Shown: piece by piece, positions 36,548 through 46,598 of the stretch
Numbering within the stretch: position 1 is the stretch's first letter
Layout: every line of letters begins with the position of its first letter
From: Acidimicrobiales bacterium
Lineage (GTDB): Bacteria; Actinomycetota; Acidimicrobiia; Acidimicrobiales; AC-14
Length of the DNA stretch: 54,941 bases
Direction: 5' to 3'
Assembly (NCBI GenBank): GCA_046262035.1
Contig: JBHENM010000144.1
Coordinates: 1-54,941 of the forward strand
The notes under the pieces: model-generated
Told to the model about the DNA's origin: nothing
The model's input: only the letters and a program-made list of their open reading frames with translations
Databases searched by the model: none
Program-made: the position numbers and the translations under genes

Positions 36548-36899
36548 TGCGATCCTCGGGCCGGATCCCGGCCTTCTCGAGAACCGCAGGATCTACGCCC
36601 GCCGCGATCCAGCCCTCGTAGGTGACCTGGTGGCGGCGTCCGTAGTCAGGGGCGGCGGCCACGAAACCGGCTTCGAGGCGGTCGATGTTCTCGCTGCTGC
36701 CGGGTGTCCAGGCGGACAGGTCCTCGGCCAGGTCGTCGCCCTCCTCCCCGTGCATCATCGCGGCGCCGGCGAGGGCCGGTCCGGGTTCGTCGGGGTGAGG
36801 GAGTGTCTCGGGCGGCTTGCGGCGGGCCTCGATCGCGGCCAGGTAGGCGAGGACGGCGCCATCGGGCTGCTCGGGATCGGGCTGTGAGGCTTCGGTCAT
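36540..36899 (-). CDS. hypothetical acidic protein (119 aa)
   Basis: ATG 36899 preceded by a G-rich SD. MTEASQPDPEQPDG... No family recognised. Confidence 0.5.
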   Translation of the reverse strand: MTEASQPDPEQPDGAVLAYLAAIEARRKPPETLPHPDEPGPALAGAAMMHGEEGDDLAEDLSAWTPGSSENIDRLEAGFVAAAPDYGRRHQVTYEGWIAAGVDPAVLEKAGIRPEDRTA

Positions 36900-36972
36900 C
36901 GTCCCCCCATGATTCCAGACCGAGGCTCCGGCGACACCGGCCCGGGCCGGCGCCCTGGAAGACTGGCGCCTC

Positions 36973-38118
36973 ATGCGGGTTCTGGTTGCGACCACGGCAG
37001 GGTCCGGGCACTTCGGCCCGCTCGTGCCCTTCGCCGTCGCCCTGAAGGAGGCGGGTCATGACGTCGCCGTCGCCGCCCCCGAGTCGTTCGCGGCCGCCGT
37101 CACCCGGGCCGGCTTCGTCCACCAACCCTTCGGAGACGCCTCCCAGGAGGAGTTGGGGGCGGTGTTCGCCACCCTGCCCGGTCGCTCGAACGAGGAGGGC
37201 AACGCCCTCGTCATCGGTGAGGTCTTCGGCCGGATCGACACCCGGGCTGCGCTGCCGGCCATGGCGGCGATGGTCGCCGAGTGGAAGCCCGACCTGATCG
37301 TCCGGGAGACGTGCGAGTTCGCCTCCTACATCGCGGCCGAGGCCGCCGGCGTTCCCCACGCCCAGGTCGCCGTGGGCCTGGCCGCCTTCGAGGAGCGGGG
37401 AGTCGGTGTGCTCGAGGAGCCTCTGACGAGCCTGGGCGCCGAGCCCGGCCTGGCCGGCCTTCGGGCTGCTCCCCGCCTGACCATGGTTCCCGAGTCGTTC
37501 GAGGATCCGGCGGCCACGGGCGGGGAAGGAACTCGCCGCTTTCGGGACGGAGTCGTGACGGGCAACGCCGATCCCCTCCCCGACTGGTGGCGGGACGAGT
37601 CCGACCCCCTCGTGTACGTGACGTTCGGGAGCGTGGCCGCCGGGTTCGGCCTGTTCCCCGACCTGTACCGGGCCGCGATCGACGTGCTCGCGGGCGTCCC
37701 CATCCGGGTCCTGCTCACCCTGGGTGACGCCGGGGCGCCTGAGGCCCTGGAGCCCGTCCCCGCCAACGTGCACGTCGAGAAGTGGTGGCCGCAGAAGGCG
37801 GTGATGCCCCACGCGTCGGCCATGGTCGGCCACGGCGGCTACGGGACCACCCTCTCCGGCCTCACCGCTGGCGTGCCCCAGGTCGTCGTCCCCCTGTTCG
37901 CCGATCAGCCGCACAACGCCCGGCGGGTCGACGCCGTCGGGGCCGGCGTCGCCCTGGAGGGTGGGCCGGGTGCCGTGGCCGGCCTCGCCTCGGCCGTCAC
38001 CCGGGTCCTGGCCGACGAGCGGTACCGCGTGGGCGCGGGGCGCATCGCGGCCGAGATCGCCGGCCTTCCACCGGCGTCCGAAGCGGTACCGGTGCTCGAA
38101 GCGCTGGCCGGGCGGTAG
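36973..38118 (+). CDS. GT1-family glycosyltransferase (MGT/UDP-glycosyltransferase-like)
   Basis: MRVLVATTAGSGHFGPLVPFAVAL.. and C-terminal HGGYGTTLSGLTAGVPQVVVPLFADQPHNA (UDPGT-like signature). Confidence 0.85.
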   Translation: MRVLVATTAGSGHFGPLVPFAVALKEAGHDVAVAAPESFAAAVTRAGFVHQPFGDASQEELGAVFATLPGRSNEEGNALVIGEVFGRIDTRAALPAMAAMVAEWKPDLIVRETCEFASYIAAEAAGVPHAQVAVGLAAFEERGVGVLEEPLTSLGAEPGLAGLRAAPRLTMVPESFEDPAATGGEGTRRFRDGVVTGNADPLPDWWRDESDPLVYVTFGSVAAGFGLFPDLYRAAIDVLAGVPIRVLLTLGDAGAPEALEPVPANVHVEKWWPQKAVMPHASAMVGHGGYGTTLSGLTAGVPQVVVPLFADQPHNARRVDAVGAGVALEGGPGAVAGLASAVTRVLADERYRVGAGRIAAEIAGLPPASEAVPVLEALAGR

Positions 38119-38139
38119 GGCGGAGGGCCGGGCCTACCG
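38113..38139. terminator. hairpin between convergent genes, with both stop codons inside its arms
   Basis: cggtagg-gcggagggccggg-cctaccg. TAG of the GT1 gene (38116-38118) and the complement of TAG of chlID (38134-36) lie in opposite arms. Confidence 0.35.
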
Positions 38140-39945
38140 GCCTGCGGGACCGTGGTCCCTGATGAGCGCGCCCAGGGCCCCGTCCTCCAGCTCGGGAAGG
38201 GTGAGGTGGAGGGCACGCATTTCGGCGGCCAGCTCGGCGGCGAGGCCGAGCCGGGTGGCCCCGTCCTCGGCGTCGACGACAACCGCCGCTACGCCCCGGC
38301 GGTGAACCCGGGCCGCCGCCTCGCGGGCGGCCGCCATCGGGTCCCTGTCGGCGGGGGCGGACGTGGCCCGGCCGTCAGTGACCAGCACGATCAGCGGGCG
38401 GTGGCGGTCGCTCGACCCGCCCTCGGCCACCTCCAGGGCGGCCACGATCCCCGCCGCCAGGGGCGTGCGCCCCCCGGTCGGCAGGTCGGCCAGGCGGGCG
38501 CGAGCCACCTCCACGCTGCCCGTGGGCCGGAGGACGACCTCGGCCCCGTCGCCCCGGAAGGTCACCACCGCCACCCGGTCGCGGCGCTGGTAGGCGTCCA
38601 GGAGCAGGCTGAGCACGGCGCCCTTGGCCGCTTCCATGCGCCGCTCGGCCCCCATCGACCCGGACGCGTCGACGGCCAAGACGACCAGGTTCCCCGCCCG
38701 CTCCTCCCTCACCGCCTGGCGCACGTCGGCGGTGACGATGGCCGGCGCTCCCGACGGCTCCTCTCCGGCCCGCCGGACCGCCGCCGCCCGTACCGTCGCC
38801 CCTACGGCGACCGAGGTCACCGGCCGGCCCGGCTCGGACAGCCGGTCGGACACCAGCCGGCCCCTGTCTCCCTCCACCGTCGATCGCCGGCCGTCGGCCC
38901 GGCCCTGGGAACGGGGCACCTCGAGCCGCCGGACGGACGTGGCGCGGTCGGGACGGGCCGGAGCGCGGTCGGGAGGCGGCTCGGCCTGAGGCGCCCCTTC
39001 CTCGGGATCCGCCTCGGGCGGATCGGGGGCCAGGGCCGCGTCCAGCTCCTCGGGGGGAATGCCGGGCTCCTCGAAGGGCTGGCGCCGGCGGCGGTGGGCT
39101 AGAGCCAGGGGGGCGACCCGGCGAACGTCCTCCACCGTCGCTTCCCCCCGCCCGTCGAGGCCGGCCAAGGCCGCCGCCGCCCGGCAGATGACCAGGTCGG
39201 CCCGCAGGCCCTCGGCACCCACGGCGGCGCAAAGGGCGCTTACCCGCTCCAGCAGCTCGTCGGCGAGAGCTGCGGGCCGGGCGACGGCGAGCTGTTGTGA
39301 TTGGGCAACATCCAGGGTCGCCCAGTCACAACCGAACCCTTCCGGATCGGCGTCGAAGGCGAGCCGGCGGCGCACCACCTCCGCCCGCTCGGACGGGTCG
39401 GGGCTGGCCATCACGTCGACAGCCAGGCCGAAGCGGTCGAGCAGCTGGGGGCGCAGGTCGCCCTCCTCGGGGTTCATGGATCCCACCAGCACGAACCGGC
39501 TGGGGTGGGCGTGGGCGATCCCCTCCCGCTCCACCCGGTTGACCCCGGAGACGGCCACGTCGAGCAGGACGTCCACCAGGTGGTCGGCCAAAAGGTTGAC
39601 CTCGTCCACGTAGAGCACCCCGCCGTGGGACGCGGCCAGGAGCCCGGGCTGGAAGCGGACCTCGCCCCCCGTGAGGGCGGCGGCCAGGTCGAGGGAGCCC
39701 ACCACCCGGTCCTCGGTGGCGCCGAGGGGCAGCTCGACGAACGGCGCCGGCCCCGGCAGCAGGGCGGCCAGGCCCCGGGCCAGGGTGGTCTTGGCCGACC
39801 CCTTCTGACCCCGGAGGAGGACGCCGCCGATGGCGGGGTCGACGCTGGCGAGGAGGAGGGCGAGCTTGGCGTCGTCCTGGCCGACCACGGCCGAGAACGG
39901 GAACTGGGGACGGGGCCGGGGCCGGTCCAGGTCCATTTCGGTCAT
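38134..39945 (-). CDS. fused ChlI/ChlD-type AAA+ / VWA chelatase subunit (cobaltochelatase partner of CobN)
   Basis: FPFSAVVGQDDAKLALLL..LLRGQKGSAKTT (AAA+), C-terminal VWA domain LAVDASGSMG. ATG 39945 overlaps the cobN stop (ATGA). Confidence 0.85.
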   Translation of the reverse strand: MTEMDLDRPRPRPQFPFSAVVGQDDAKLALLLASVDPAIGGVLLRGQKGSAKTTLARGLAALLPGPAPFVELPLGATEDRVVGSLDLAAALTGGEVRFQPGLLAASHGGVLYVDEVNLLADHLVDVLLDVAVSGVNRVEREGIAHAHPSRFVLVGSMNPEEGDLRPQLLDRFGLAVDVMASPDPSERAEVVRRRLAFDADPEGFGCDWATLDVAQSQQLAVARPAALADELLERVSALCAAVGAEGLRADLVICRAAAALAGLDGRGEATVEDVRRVAPLALAHRRRRQPFEEPGIPPEELDAALAPDPPEADPEEGAPQAEPPPDRAPARPDRATSVRRLEVPRSQGRADGRRSTVEGDRGRLVSDRLSEPGRPVTSVAVGATVRAAAVRRAGEEPSGAPAIVTADVRQAVREERAGNLVVLAVDASGSMGAERRMEAAKGAVLSLLLDAYQRRDRVAVVTFRGDGAEVVLRPTGSVEVARARLADLPTGGRTPLAAGIVAALEVAEGGSSDRHRPLIVLVTDGRATSAPADRDPMAAAREAAARVHRRGVAAVVVDAEDGATRLGLAAELAAEMRALHLTLPELEDGALGALIRDHGPAGR

Positions 39946-42900
39946 CCCCGCCCCTCTTCCCAGCCCTCGGCCTCCAGCAGGGCCGAGCGCAGGGTGGCGA
40001 TAGCCCGCTGGGACGCGTCCCACAGCCCCCGCTCGTGGGCTTCCAGGAGCCGCTCGGCGATCGACCGCAGGGCCCAGGGGTTCGAGCGCTCGAAGAACTT
40101 CCGCAGCTCGGCGTCGCCCACGTAGGCGTCGGTGACCCGCTCGTACATCCAGTCCTCCACCACCCGGGCGGTGGCGTCGTACCCGTACAGGTAGTCCACC
40201 GTGGCCGCCAGTTCGAAGGCGCCCTTGTACCCGTGACGCTGCATGGCGCCGATCCACTTGGGGTTCAGCACCCGTGACCGCACGACCCGGGCAGCCTCCT
40301 CGGCCAGGGACCGGACCCGGGGACGGGCGGGATCGGCCGAGTCTCCAAAGTAGGCCTTGGGCGCTTCACCGTCCCGGAGGGCCCGAATGGTGGCGATCAT
40401 CCCGCCGTGGTCCTGGAGGTAGTCGTCGGAGTCGAAGATGTCGTGCTCCCGGTTGTCCTGGTGCTTGACCGCGACCTCGACGCCGCTGAGCCTGCGGCGC
40501 ATGGCCGCCTCGGCGGGAAGGCCCATCCCCGACCGCCCGTACGACCAGCCGCCCCACGCCAGGTAGACGGCGGCCAAGTCCTCGTCCGATCGCCAGTTGC
40601 GGGACTCGAGGAGGGGCAGGATCCCCGACCCGTAGGCCCCGGGCTTGGCCCCGAACACCCGGGGGTCGTCGTCGAAGCCCGCAAGGCGGCAGGCGTCGTC
40701 CAGCATGCGGACCAGGTCGGGGAAGGCGTCGCGGAAGAAGCCGGAGATGCGCAGGACGACGTCCACCCGGGGGCGTCCCAGCTCCGCTTCGGGGATGAGG
40801 GCGATGCCGGTGACCCGGGCCGACTCCTCGGCCCAGACCGGCCGCACCCCGAGCAGGGCCAGGGCGCAGGCCACGTCGTCCCCCGAGGTGCGCATGGCCG
40901 CCGTACCCCACACCACCAGCCCGACCGACGTCGGAGGCCGGCCCTCCTCGGCCACATGGCGCTCGACGATCTCCTCGGCCAGGCGCTGGCCCACCTCCCA
41001 CGCCAGGGCCGACGGCACCGCCTTGGGGTCGACCGAGTAGAAGTTTCGCCCCGTCGGGAGCACGTGAGCCATCCCCCGGGTCGGGGCGCCGCTGGGCCCG
41101 GCGGGGACGTACCGGCCGTCCAACGCGCCCAGCAGGTTGGCGATCTCGTCGGTGGTGCGGCCGAGGGCGGGCATCAGCCGGTCGCAGACCCACCGCAGCG
41201 TGGGGTGGTCGCCGTCGTAGCGCCAGCCGTCGGCCTGGAGGACGGCGAGGACGGACCGGGCCTCGGCCTCGGCCTCGTCCACGCCGGTCCGGCCCTCGGC
41301 CGCTTGACGCAACGCCGGGACTGATCCCTGAGGAAGCCGGGTTAGGGCCAGCACCAGGTCCAGCTCGGCCTCTCCCTCCGGAGGGCGGCCCAGGGTGTGG
41401 AGACCGCCTCGCACCAGGGCGTCCTTCAGCTCGCACAGGTAGCCGTCGACGTGGAGGACGAGGTCATCGAAGGCGTCGCCCTCGGGCTGATCGCCCAGTC
41501 CCAGGTCGCGGTGGATCTCGGCCTGGACCAGCAGCTCCCACACCTGGGCCCGGATGGCGGGCAGCTTGGCCGGGTCGAGCGACGCCACCCGGGCGTGCTC
41601 GTCCAGCAGCGACTCCAGCCGGGCGACGTCGTCGTAGGCCTCGGCCCTCGTCATCGGGGGCAGGAGGTGATCGACGATCACGGCGTGGACCCGCCGCTTG
41701 GCCTGCGCCCCCTCACCGGGGTCGTTCACGACAAACGGGTAGACGAGGGGCAGGTCGCCAAGAGCGGCGTCTGAGGCACAGCTGCTCGACAGCCCCACGC
41801 CCTTGCCCGGCAGCCACTCCAAGGTCCCGTGCTTGCCCATGTGCACGACGGCGTCGGCCCCCCACGCCTGGTCGAGCCAGCGGTAGAAGCCCAGGTAGTG
41901 GTGGGTGGGGGGTAGGTCGGGCGAGTGGTAGATGGCGATGGGGTTCTCCCCGAAGCCCCGCGGCGGCTGGATGGCCACCAGCACGCCGCCGAGATCGAGG
42001 CCGGCGAACATCAGGTCGTCGGCGGGCGCCTCGCCCCACGAATCGACGACCCCGTCCTTGAGGCCGGCGGGCAGGGTGCCGAACCAGGCCCGGTACTCGG
42101 CCACCGGCCACCGGCCGACGACCGCGGCCGTTCCCGCTCCGCCCGGGGTCTCCCGGTCGTAGATCAGGCCGTCGGCCAGCTCGGCCATCAGCTCGTCCCC
42201 GTCCTCGGGGATGCGCTCGACCCGGTAGCCGGCGTGGCACAGGGCGTGGAGGAGGTCGATGACGGACGCAGGCGTGTCGAGGGCCACGGCGTTGCCCAGG
42301 CGGCTGCGCTTGGTGGGATAGGCGGACAGCACCAGGGCCACCCGCTTGTCCTCGGGCCGGATGTGACGCAGCTGGGCCAGCCGGGCGGCCATGCCCGCCA
42401 CCCGCTCGACCCGGTCGGCCACCGTGCGGTAGGCCGTGACCGGGACGCCCAGCTCGTCACCGTCGTCCACCGTCTCCTTGAACGAGAAGGGCACGCCGAT
42501 GATCCGCCCGTCGAACTCGGGGATGGCGATGCTCATGGCCACGTCCAGCGGCCCCAACCCGGCGGAGCTCTCGCGCCAGGCGTCGGCCGGCTGGGTGGAG
42601 GCCACGGCCTGGAGCACGGGCACGTCGAGGGCGGCGAGGGCGGAGACGTCCCAGCCGTCGCCGGCGGCGTCGGCGTGGCCCATGGCCAGGACGGTGGTGA
42701 TCACCGCGTCCACCCCGTGCTCGGCCAGGGCGGCCAGGGCCTCGGGGTTAGTCCGCAGCGAGTAACACCACACGGGCAGGGCGTTGGCCCCGTGCCCCTC
42801 CAGGGCGGCGCACAGGTCCTCGACGAACCCGGTGTTTCCGGAGAGCACGTGGGCCCGGTAGAAGACGACGCCGACCGTCGGGCGGGACGGGTCGACCCGG

Positions 42901-43346
42901 GGACGCCCCAGGATCCCGTGGGCCGGCACCTCGACCGGAGGGTCGAAGCCGAACCCGTGGCGCAGGACGACGTCGGCCACGAACCGGAGCAGGTGCTCGG
43001 TGTTGGCCAGGCCGCCGTGGGCCAGGTAGGCGAAGGCCTGGGCCACGGTGGCGGCGGGGACGGTCGAGAGGGTGGTGAGCTCGGCGTCGGGGACGGCCTC
43101 ACCCCCCAGGGCCACCAGGGGGATGCCTGCGTCGAGGCAGCGCCGGCGCACTTCGTCGAACTCGTCCCAAGCCCGCCTCCCGCCGAGCAGCCGCACGACC
43201 ACGGCCTCGACCCCCTCCAAGGACAGGGGTCCGGGCCGGTTGGCCGGGTTGGCCGCCCGGACGGGTGGGAAGCCGGTGGGGAGCCCTTCGAGCACGGTGC
43301 GCAGAGCGAGGATCTCGGTGTCGGCGTTGGTGAGGAAGAGGATCAC
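39942..43346 (-). CDS. cobN: cobaltochelatase large subunit
   Basis: About 1134 aa from GTG 43346 (overlaps the cobQ stop, GTGA). ILFLTNADTEILAL.., HHYLGFYRWL, GKHGTLEWLPGK and other CobN/Mg-chelatase H family blocks. Confidence 0.95.
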   Translation of the reverse strand: MILFLTNADTEILALRTVLEGLPTGFPPVRAANPANRPGPLSLEGVEAVVVRLLGGRRAWDEFDEVRRRCLDAGIPLVALGGEAVPDAELTTLSTVPAATVAQAFAYLAHGGLANTEHLLRFVADVVLRHGFGFDPPVEVPAHGILGRPRVDPSRPTVGVVFYRAHVLSGNTGFVEDLCAALEGHGANALPVWCYSLRTNPEALAALAEHGVDAVITTVLAMGHADAAGDGWDVSALAALDVPVLQAVASTQPADAWRESSAGLGPLDVAMSIAIPEFDGRIIGVPFSFKETVDDGDELGVPVTAYRTVADRVERVAGMAARLAQLRHIRPEDKRVALVLSAYPTKRSRLGNAVALDTPASVIDLLHALCHAGYRVERIPEDGDELMAELADGLIYDRETPGGAGTAAVVGRWPVAEYRAWFGTLPAGLKDGVVDSWGEAPADDLMFAGLDLGGVLVAIQPPRGFGENPIAIYHSPDLPPTHHYLGFYRWLDQAWGADAVVHMGKHGTLEWLPGKGVGLSSSCASDAALGDLPLVYPFVVNDPGEGAQAKRRVHAVIVDHLLPPMTRAEAYDDVARLESLLDEHARVASLDPAKLPAIRAQVWELLVQAEIHRDLGLGDQPEGDAFDDLVLHVDGYLCELKDALVRGGLHTLGRPPEGEAELDLVLALTRLPQGSVPALRQAAEGRTGVDEAEAEARSVLAVLQADGWRYDGDHPTLRWVCDRLMPALGRTTDEIANLLGALDGRYVPAGPSGAPTRGMAHVLPTGRNFYSVDPKAVPSALAWEVGQRLAEEIVERHVAEEGRPPTSVGLVVWGTAAMRTSGDDVACALALLGVRPVWAEESARVTGIALIPEAELGRPRVDVVLRISGFFRDAFPDLVRMLDDACRLAGFDDDPRVFGAKPGAYGSGILPLLESRNWRSDEDLAAVYLAWGGWSYGRSGMGLPAEAAMRRRLSGVEVAVKHQDNREHDIFDSDDYLQDHGGMIATIRALRDGEAPKAYFGDSADPARPRVRSLAEEAARVVRSRVLNPKWIGAMQRHGYKGAFELAATVDYLYGYDATARVVEDWMYERVTDAYVGDAELRKFFERSNPWALRSIAERLLEAHERGLWDASQRAIATLRSALLEAEGWEEGRG

Positions 43347-44803
43347 GACGCGGCCTTGATGAGGGCTTCGACGGCGGTCAGGTCGAGGTGAGCCTCCAGG
43401 ACGTCGGCCAGCCGGTCGATCTGGGTCTCCCGGGCTGCGGCGAACGAGACACCGGAGGGCTCGAAGGTCTTGCCCCGCCGGCGGGCCACCTCGGCCAGGA
43501 AGGCGCTCCGGAACCCGTCCTCCTCGAACAGGCCGTGGAGGTTGGTGCCGAACACGCCTCCCGCAGCGGCCCCTTCCGGCCCGGACCCGTAGGCGTCGTC
43601 CAGCTCGATCCACGCCTGCCCGCCCGAGACCCGACCGTGGTGGATCTCGTACCCGCTGGCTCGCTGGCCCAGGGCGCGCCCCCGGCGCTGGCGGGTGACC
43701 TTGTCGGGGGCGAAGACGGTCTCCACGTCGAGCCATCCCAGGCCTTCCACGGCACCGGCCGCCGATTCGACGTCGTCGAGGATCGACCTACCCAGCATCT
43801 GGAACCCGCCGCAGATGCCGAGCACGACGGCGCCCCCCATGCGGGCTGCGGCGACGGCCGTGTCCAGGCCCCTCCCCCGCAACCACGCCAGGTCGGCCAC
43901 CGTGGCCTTGGTGCCGGGGAGGAGCACGAGGTCGGGCCGGCCCAGGGCGCCGGGACGGTCCACCAGGCGAACGCCGACCCCGGGCTCGACGGCCAGGGCA
44001 TCCAGGTCGGTGAAGTTGGAGATGCGGAGGAAGCGGATGACGGCGACGTCGAGGCCGCCGCCCGTCCCCCCCAGGCCTCGACCCAGAGCCAGCGAGTCCT
44101 CCGCGTCCAGGGCCACGTCGTGCAGGTAGGGCAGAACACCCAGGGTGGGGACACCGCACCGCCGCTCCAGGTCGGCGGGCCCATCGGCCAGCAGCGCAGG
44201 ATCGCCGCGCAGCTTGTTGATGACGAACCCCCGGACCAGGGGACGCAGCTCGTCGGGCAGCAGGGCCACCGTTCCGTACAGGGCGGCGAAGACGCCGCCC
44301 CGGTCGATGTCGCCCACGACCACCGCAGGCACCCCGGCCCGTGCCGCCAGGCCCAGGTTCACCAGGTCGCGGTCGAGGAGGTTGATCTCGGCCGGGCTCC
44401 CGGCGCCCTCCAGCAGGACGACGTCGTAGCGGCGGCGCAGGTCGGTAAGGGCCTCCATCACCGTCTCCAGCAACCGGGGCTTGGCCTCCTGGTAGGCGGC
44501 CGCATCCAGGTGGGCCCACGGCCGGCCCATGACGACCACCTGGCTGGTGCGCTCGCCCGTGGGCTTCAGCAGGATCGGGTTCATGGCCACCTCGGGCTCG
44601 GCCCGGGCGGCCAGCGCCTGCACCCCCTGGGCCCGGCCGATCTCGTGGCCGGACGGGGTGACGTAGGAGTTGAGGGCCATGTTCTGGGCCTTGAACGGCG
44701 CCACCCGGACACCCTGGCGGGCGAGAACCCGGCACAGGCCGGTGACCACGTGGCTCTTGCCCACGTCGCTGGCCGTCCCGCACACCATGAGGGCGCCCCT
44801 CAT
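43343..44803 (-). CDS. cobQ: cobyric acid synthase
   Basis: MRGALMVCGTASDVGKSHV.. N-terminus and C-terminal GATase domain (ICGGFQMLG, YEIHHG). ATG 44803 overlaps the upstream stop (ATGA). Confidence 0.9.
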   Translation of the reverse strand: MRGALMVCGTASDVGKSHVVTGLCRVLARQGVRVAPFKAQNMALNSYVTPSGHEIGRAQGVQALAARAEPEVAMNPILLKPTGERTSQVVVMGRPWAHLDAAAYQEAKPRLLETVMEALTDLRRRYDVVLLEGAGSPAEINLLDRDLVNLGLAARAGVPAVVVGDIDRGGVFAALYGTVALLPDELRPLVRGFVINKLRGDPALLADGPADLERRCGVPTLGVLPYLHDVALDAEDSLALGRGLGGTGGGLDVAVIRFLRISNFTDLDALAVEPGVGVRLVDRPGALGRPDLVLLPGTKATVADLAWLRGRGLDTAVAAARMGGAVVLGICGGFQMLGRSILDDVESAAGAVEGLGWLDVETVFAPDKVTRQRRGRALGQRASGYEIHHGRVSGGQAWIELDDAYGSGPEGAAAGGVFGTNLHGLFEEDGFRSAFLAEVARRRGKTFEPSGVSFAAARETQIDRLADVLEAHLDLTAVEALIKAAS

Positions 44804-45699
44804 TCGGCTGCCTCCAGGGCCGAGGCGAGCTGTGGTAGCCGCTCCGGGGGCGGGACGGCTATGCGGACGTGCTCGGGGAGGCCGAACGACCCGCAGTCCC
44901 GCAGCAGGACCCGGTGGGGCGCCAACCGGTCCCGCAGGCCGGGCGCCCGCACGAGCACCCACGGGGCGTCCGAGGGATCGGGATGGAGACCGTGCATGCG
45001 CAGCAGGTCGACCAGGCTTTCCCGCCCCAGGGCCACGGCTGCCGCCCATCCCGGCAGGTCGGCCTTCTCCAGCAGATCGGGCACGGCCGACGCGGCCAGA
45101 CCGTTGACCGACCACGCCGGCTGGCGGGCCCGGAGGCGGGCGATGCAGTCCGCGTCAGGACCGATGACATACCCCAGCCGCAGGCCCGGGCAGGCGAACA
45201 CCTTGGTCAACGAGCCCACGACCACCGTCCCCAGGTCAGCCTCCCCGGATGTCCACCGTCCCGTGGCCAGCGGGTAGAAGGCCTCGTCCCACACGTCCGC
45301 CTGGTCATCGGCGGCGGCGCGAAGGCCGGACGGGTTGTGGGGGTTGGACCGCCAGCGGGGGCCGCCGTGGCGGGGGTACAGGCCGAAGTCGGGCTCGGTC
45401 ACGCGTCCACCCCATTCCGCCCCGACGAGGGCGATGGCTTCGGCCCCACCGTTGGTCAGGAGGACGCGCTCGGGGGGGACGTCCAGGGACGCGGCCATGG
45501 CTTCGGTGGCGGGGCCCGGGTCGGGGTAGCGGCTGAGAGCGTCGAGGTGCTTGGCCACGACCTCGGCCACATCCGGCGCCACCGGGTTGAGGTTCACCGA
45601 CAGGTCGAGGACGGCGGCGGGCGCAACCCCGAGAGCAGCCGCCAGGCGGGCGCCGTCGCCCCCGTGGGGACCGGGCGGGGGGATCCTCGTGGAAGTCAC
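44800..45699 (-). CDS. L-threonine-O-3-phosphate decarboxylase-type class I/II aminotransferase (cobalamin aminopropanol arm)
   Basis: HGGD..LDLSVNLNP..TNGGAEAI..SLTKVFACPGLRLGY (PLP lysine) in B12-operon context. GTG 45699 overlaps the cbiB stop. Confidence 0.8.
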   Translation of the reverse strand: MTSTRIPPPGPHGGDGARLAAALGVAPAAVLDLSVNLNPVAPDVAEVVAKHLDALSRYPDPGPATEAMAASLDVPPERVLLTNGGAEAIALVGAEWGGRVTEPDFGLYPRHGGPRWRSNPHNPSGLRAAADDQADVWDEAFYPLATGRWTSGEADLGTVVVGSLTKVFACPGLRLGYVIGPDADCIARLRARQPAWSVNGLAASAVPDLLEKADLPGWAAAVALGRESLVDLLRMHGLHPDPSDAPWVLVRAPGLRDRLAPHRVLLRDCGSFGLPEHVRIAVPPPERLPQLASALEAAE

Positions 45700-46598
45700 C
45701 GGCGCCCTCGTCCCCGCGCTCGTCGACTCGAGGGGAGCACCAGGCCGGCGGCCAGGGCCCGGGCCACGTCGGACGACAGGCGTATGGCGCGGCCGATGTC
45801 GGCCGGTTCGGGCGGCGGGCCGTCGCCCAGCGGCGGGCGAACCTCAACGCGCTCCCCGTAGACGTTGGTGCCGCCGAGGCGGAGCCCGAGGGCGGCGGCG
45901 AAGGCGGCCTCGGCCACCCCCGCGTTGGGCGACGGGTGGGCGGGCGCGTCCCGCCGCACGGCCACCCACACCCGGCCGGCGCCCCGCGGACGGACGGCCG
46001 CCACCAGTCCCGCAGTCACACGCGCCGGGACCCAGCCGGCGAGGTCGTCCAGGCGGGCGCTGGCCCACCCGAAGTTCTCGTAGCGGGGTGAGTGGTGGCC
46101 GACCATGGCGTCCAGGGTGTTGACGGCCCGGTAGCCGAGGGCGCCGGGCGCACCGGCCACCGCCGCCCAGAGGACGGGGGCCACGATGGCGTCCACCGTG
46201 TTCTCCGCGACCGACTCGATCACGGCCCGCGCCATCTCCTTCTCGTCCAGGTCGGTGGGGTCCCGGCCGACCAGCGACGGGAGGGCCTCTCGAGCGGCGT
46301 CCAGGTCGTGGGCCGCCAGTGCGGTGGCCACCTCCGACGCCGCGGTCCAGAGGGCCCGGGCGCCGACCGACAGCCACGTCGCTCCCGCGGTCGAAGCCAC
46401 CCCGAAGCCGGCGGCCGCCCCCAGGAGCACGCCGCCCGAGGCATGGACCACTCCCCTCGACCGGCTGTCCCTCCACGCTCGCCGCTCGACTCCGCGCATG
46501 ACGGCGCCGAAGCCGCGGACGGGATGGAGCGCGGCGGGAGGTTCCCCGAGAACCCGGTCGCCGAGCAGGCCGGCCGCAGCCGGTAGGAGGCTCACCAC
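45696..46598 (-). CDS. cbiB: adenosylcobinamide-phosphate synthase
   Basis: LGEPPAALHPVRGFG.., VAENTVDAIVAPV.., YRAVNTLDAMVGH.. typical of the CbiB/CobD membrane protein. Confidence 0.85.
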   Translation of the reverse strand: MVSLLPAAAGLLGDRVLGEPPAALHPVRGFGAVMRGVERRAWRDSRSRGVVHASGGVLLGAAAGFGVASTAGATWLSVGARALWTAASEVATALAAHDLDAAREALPSLVGRDPTDLDEKEMARAVIESVAENTVDAIVAPVLWAAVAGAPGALGYRAVNTLDAMVGHHSPRYENFGWASARLDDLAGWVPARVTAGLVAAVRPRGAGRVWVAVRRDAPAHPSPNAGVAEAAFAAALGLRLGGTNVYGERVEVRPPLGDGPPPEPADIGRAIRLSSDVARALAAGLVLPSSRRARGRGRR

